Shown here piece after piece: positions 63,187 to 64,000 of a DNA stretch of 64,000 nt. Under the pieces are notes generated by a model that saw nothing but the letters and a program-made list of their open reading frames with translations, ran no database searches and was not told the origin of the DNA. Made by a program: the position numbers and the translations under genes. Numbering within the stretch: position 1 is the first letter of the stretch; each line of letters begins with the position of its first letter. Source of the stretch: Lama glama (lineage: Eukaryota); contig CM052816.1 of NCBI GenBank assembly GCA_028534125.1, positions 75,952,001-76,016,000 of the forward strand. The letters are read 5' to 3'.

Positions 63187-64000
63187 GAGAGAACAACTAA
63201 GTGAATGGACCCTGTGTAATTGACCAAAGAGATTTAATACACATTATTTGCTGCTGCTTTACTATGTCAACTTACTTGTTCCTCTTGAGTTTCCATAGAT
63301 ATCTGCTAATCATCTTGATCAGGTTGTAGGTCATTAGGAATAGTTTTTCAAAAATGGTGTATTATTGCAGTCTTTTACATCATTTGATCATCTTATTATT
63401 ATTCATCCCAACACAAGAATCTAAAAAACTAGAAGTGGTGTGCATTTTCTCATTTAACCCTCAGAGCACCTTGTCATTTAATATGATTGTTCCCTAGTTT
63501 AAAGAAAGTTAAGGCTTAGGATTCTTTGCTCATGATCACACCGCTGAGCAGGGTCTGTGTTTCTCACTACCAACCCCATGTCTTTCTCGCTGCATGATGG
63601 GATTCACTGTAACTGGACAGTAGGTTCTCTCTGAAATTCACCTGCACTGGTAGAATTCTACAGAAAACAAATTCTGGAGACAAAAAACAAACAAACAAAA
63701 AAAACATGGGCCATGATGGTTTGTTTTTTCTGGGTAGTATTTCACTGCATTTTTAAAACCTATTTCATCCTCCCGACAATAGCATGTTCTGCCATATTTT
63801 CTCTTAAGTCAGTGCTGTACTTCCTCTTGAACACTTTAGAGATTGTGGATCTTTGTCATTCAGTATCATTTAATTTCCTGAATAGAGAAACAAAACAAAA
63901 AGAAATGCAGGAAGTTTAGGTATACATTCATAGTTGGTTTTAATTTCCTGTTTGCCCTTGTAATTGTGGTTTCCCTTATTTTGCTTGTGAAAGCTATAAT

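Overview
Mammalian non-coding genomic DNA, most likely camelid, judged from a Vic-1-type tRNA-derived SINE at ~26.6 kb and cetartiodactyl-type L1 3' UTRs. I find no recognisable intact protein-coding gene. The listed ORFs are decayed L1 frames, antisense frames of repeats, or noise. Much of the window is interspersed repeat: old and young L1, MIR, L2, MaLR/ERVL/ERV1 solo LTRs and MER DNA-transposon MITEs. L1 copies lie mostly on the minus strand, as expected in an intron of a plus-strand gene. The main points of interest are: (i) a chimeric retro-insertion of a cellular mRNA-like 3' end plus an L1 tail inside one 17-bp TSD, with a second two-part insertion 300 bp away; (ii) a twin-primed, 5'-inverted L1 ending in an older L1 tail; (iii) an ORF1/spacer-only L1 insertion with its own TSD; (iv) a 34-bp near-palindrome of inverted TCF/DR1-like arms around CACGTG; (v) a CLEAR-type element in a CpG-retaining MLT1 LTR. 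Repeat subfamily names come from recalled consensus sequences and are tentative. Boundaries are approximate unless a TSD is given. I see no evidence of a novel multi-gene system.
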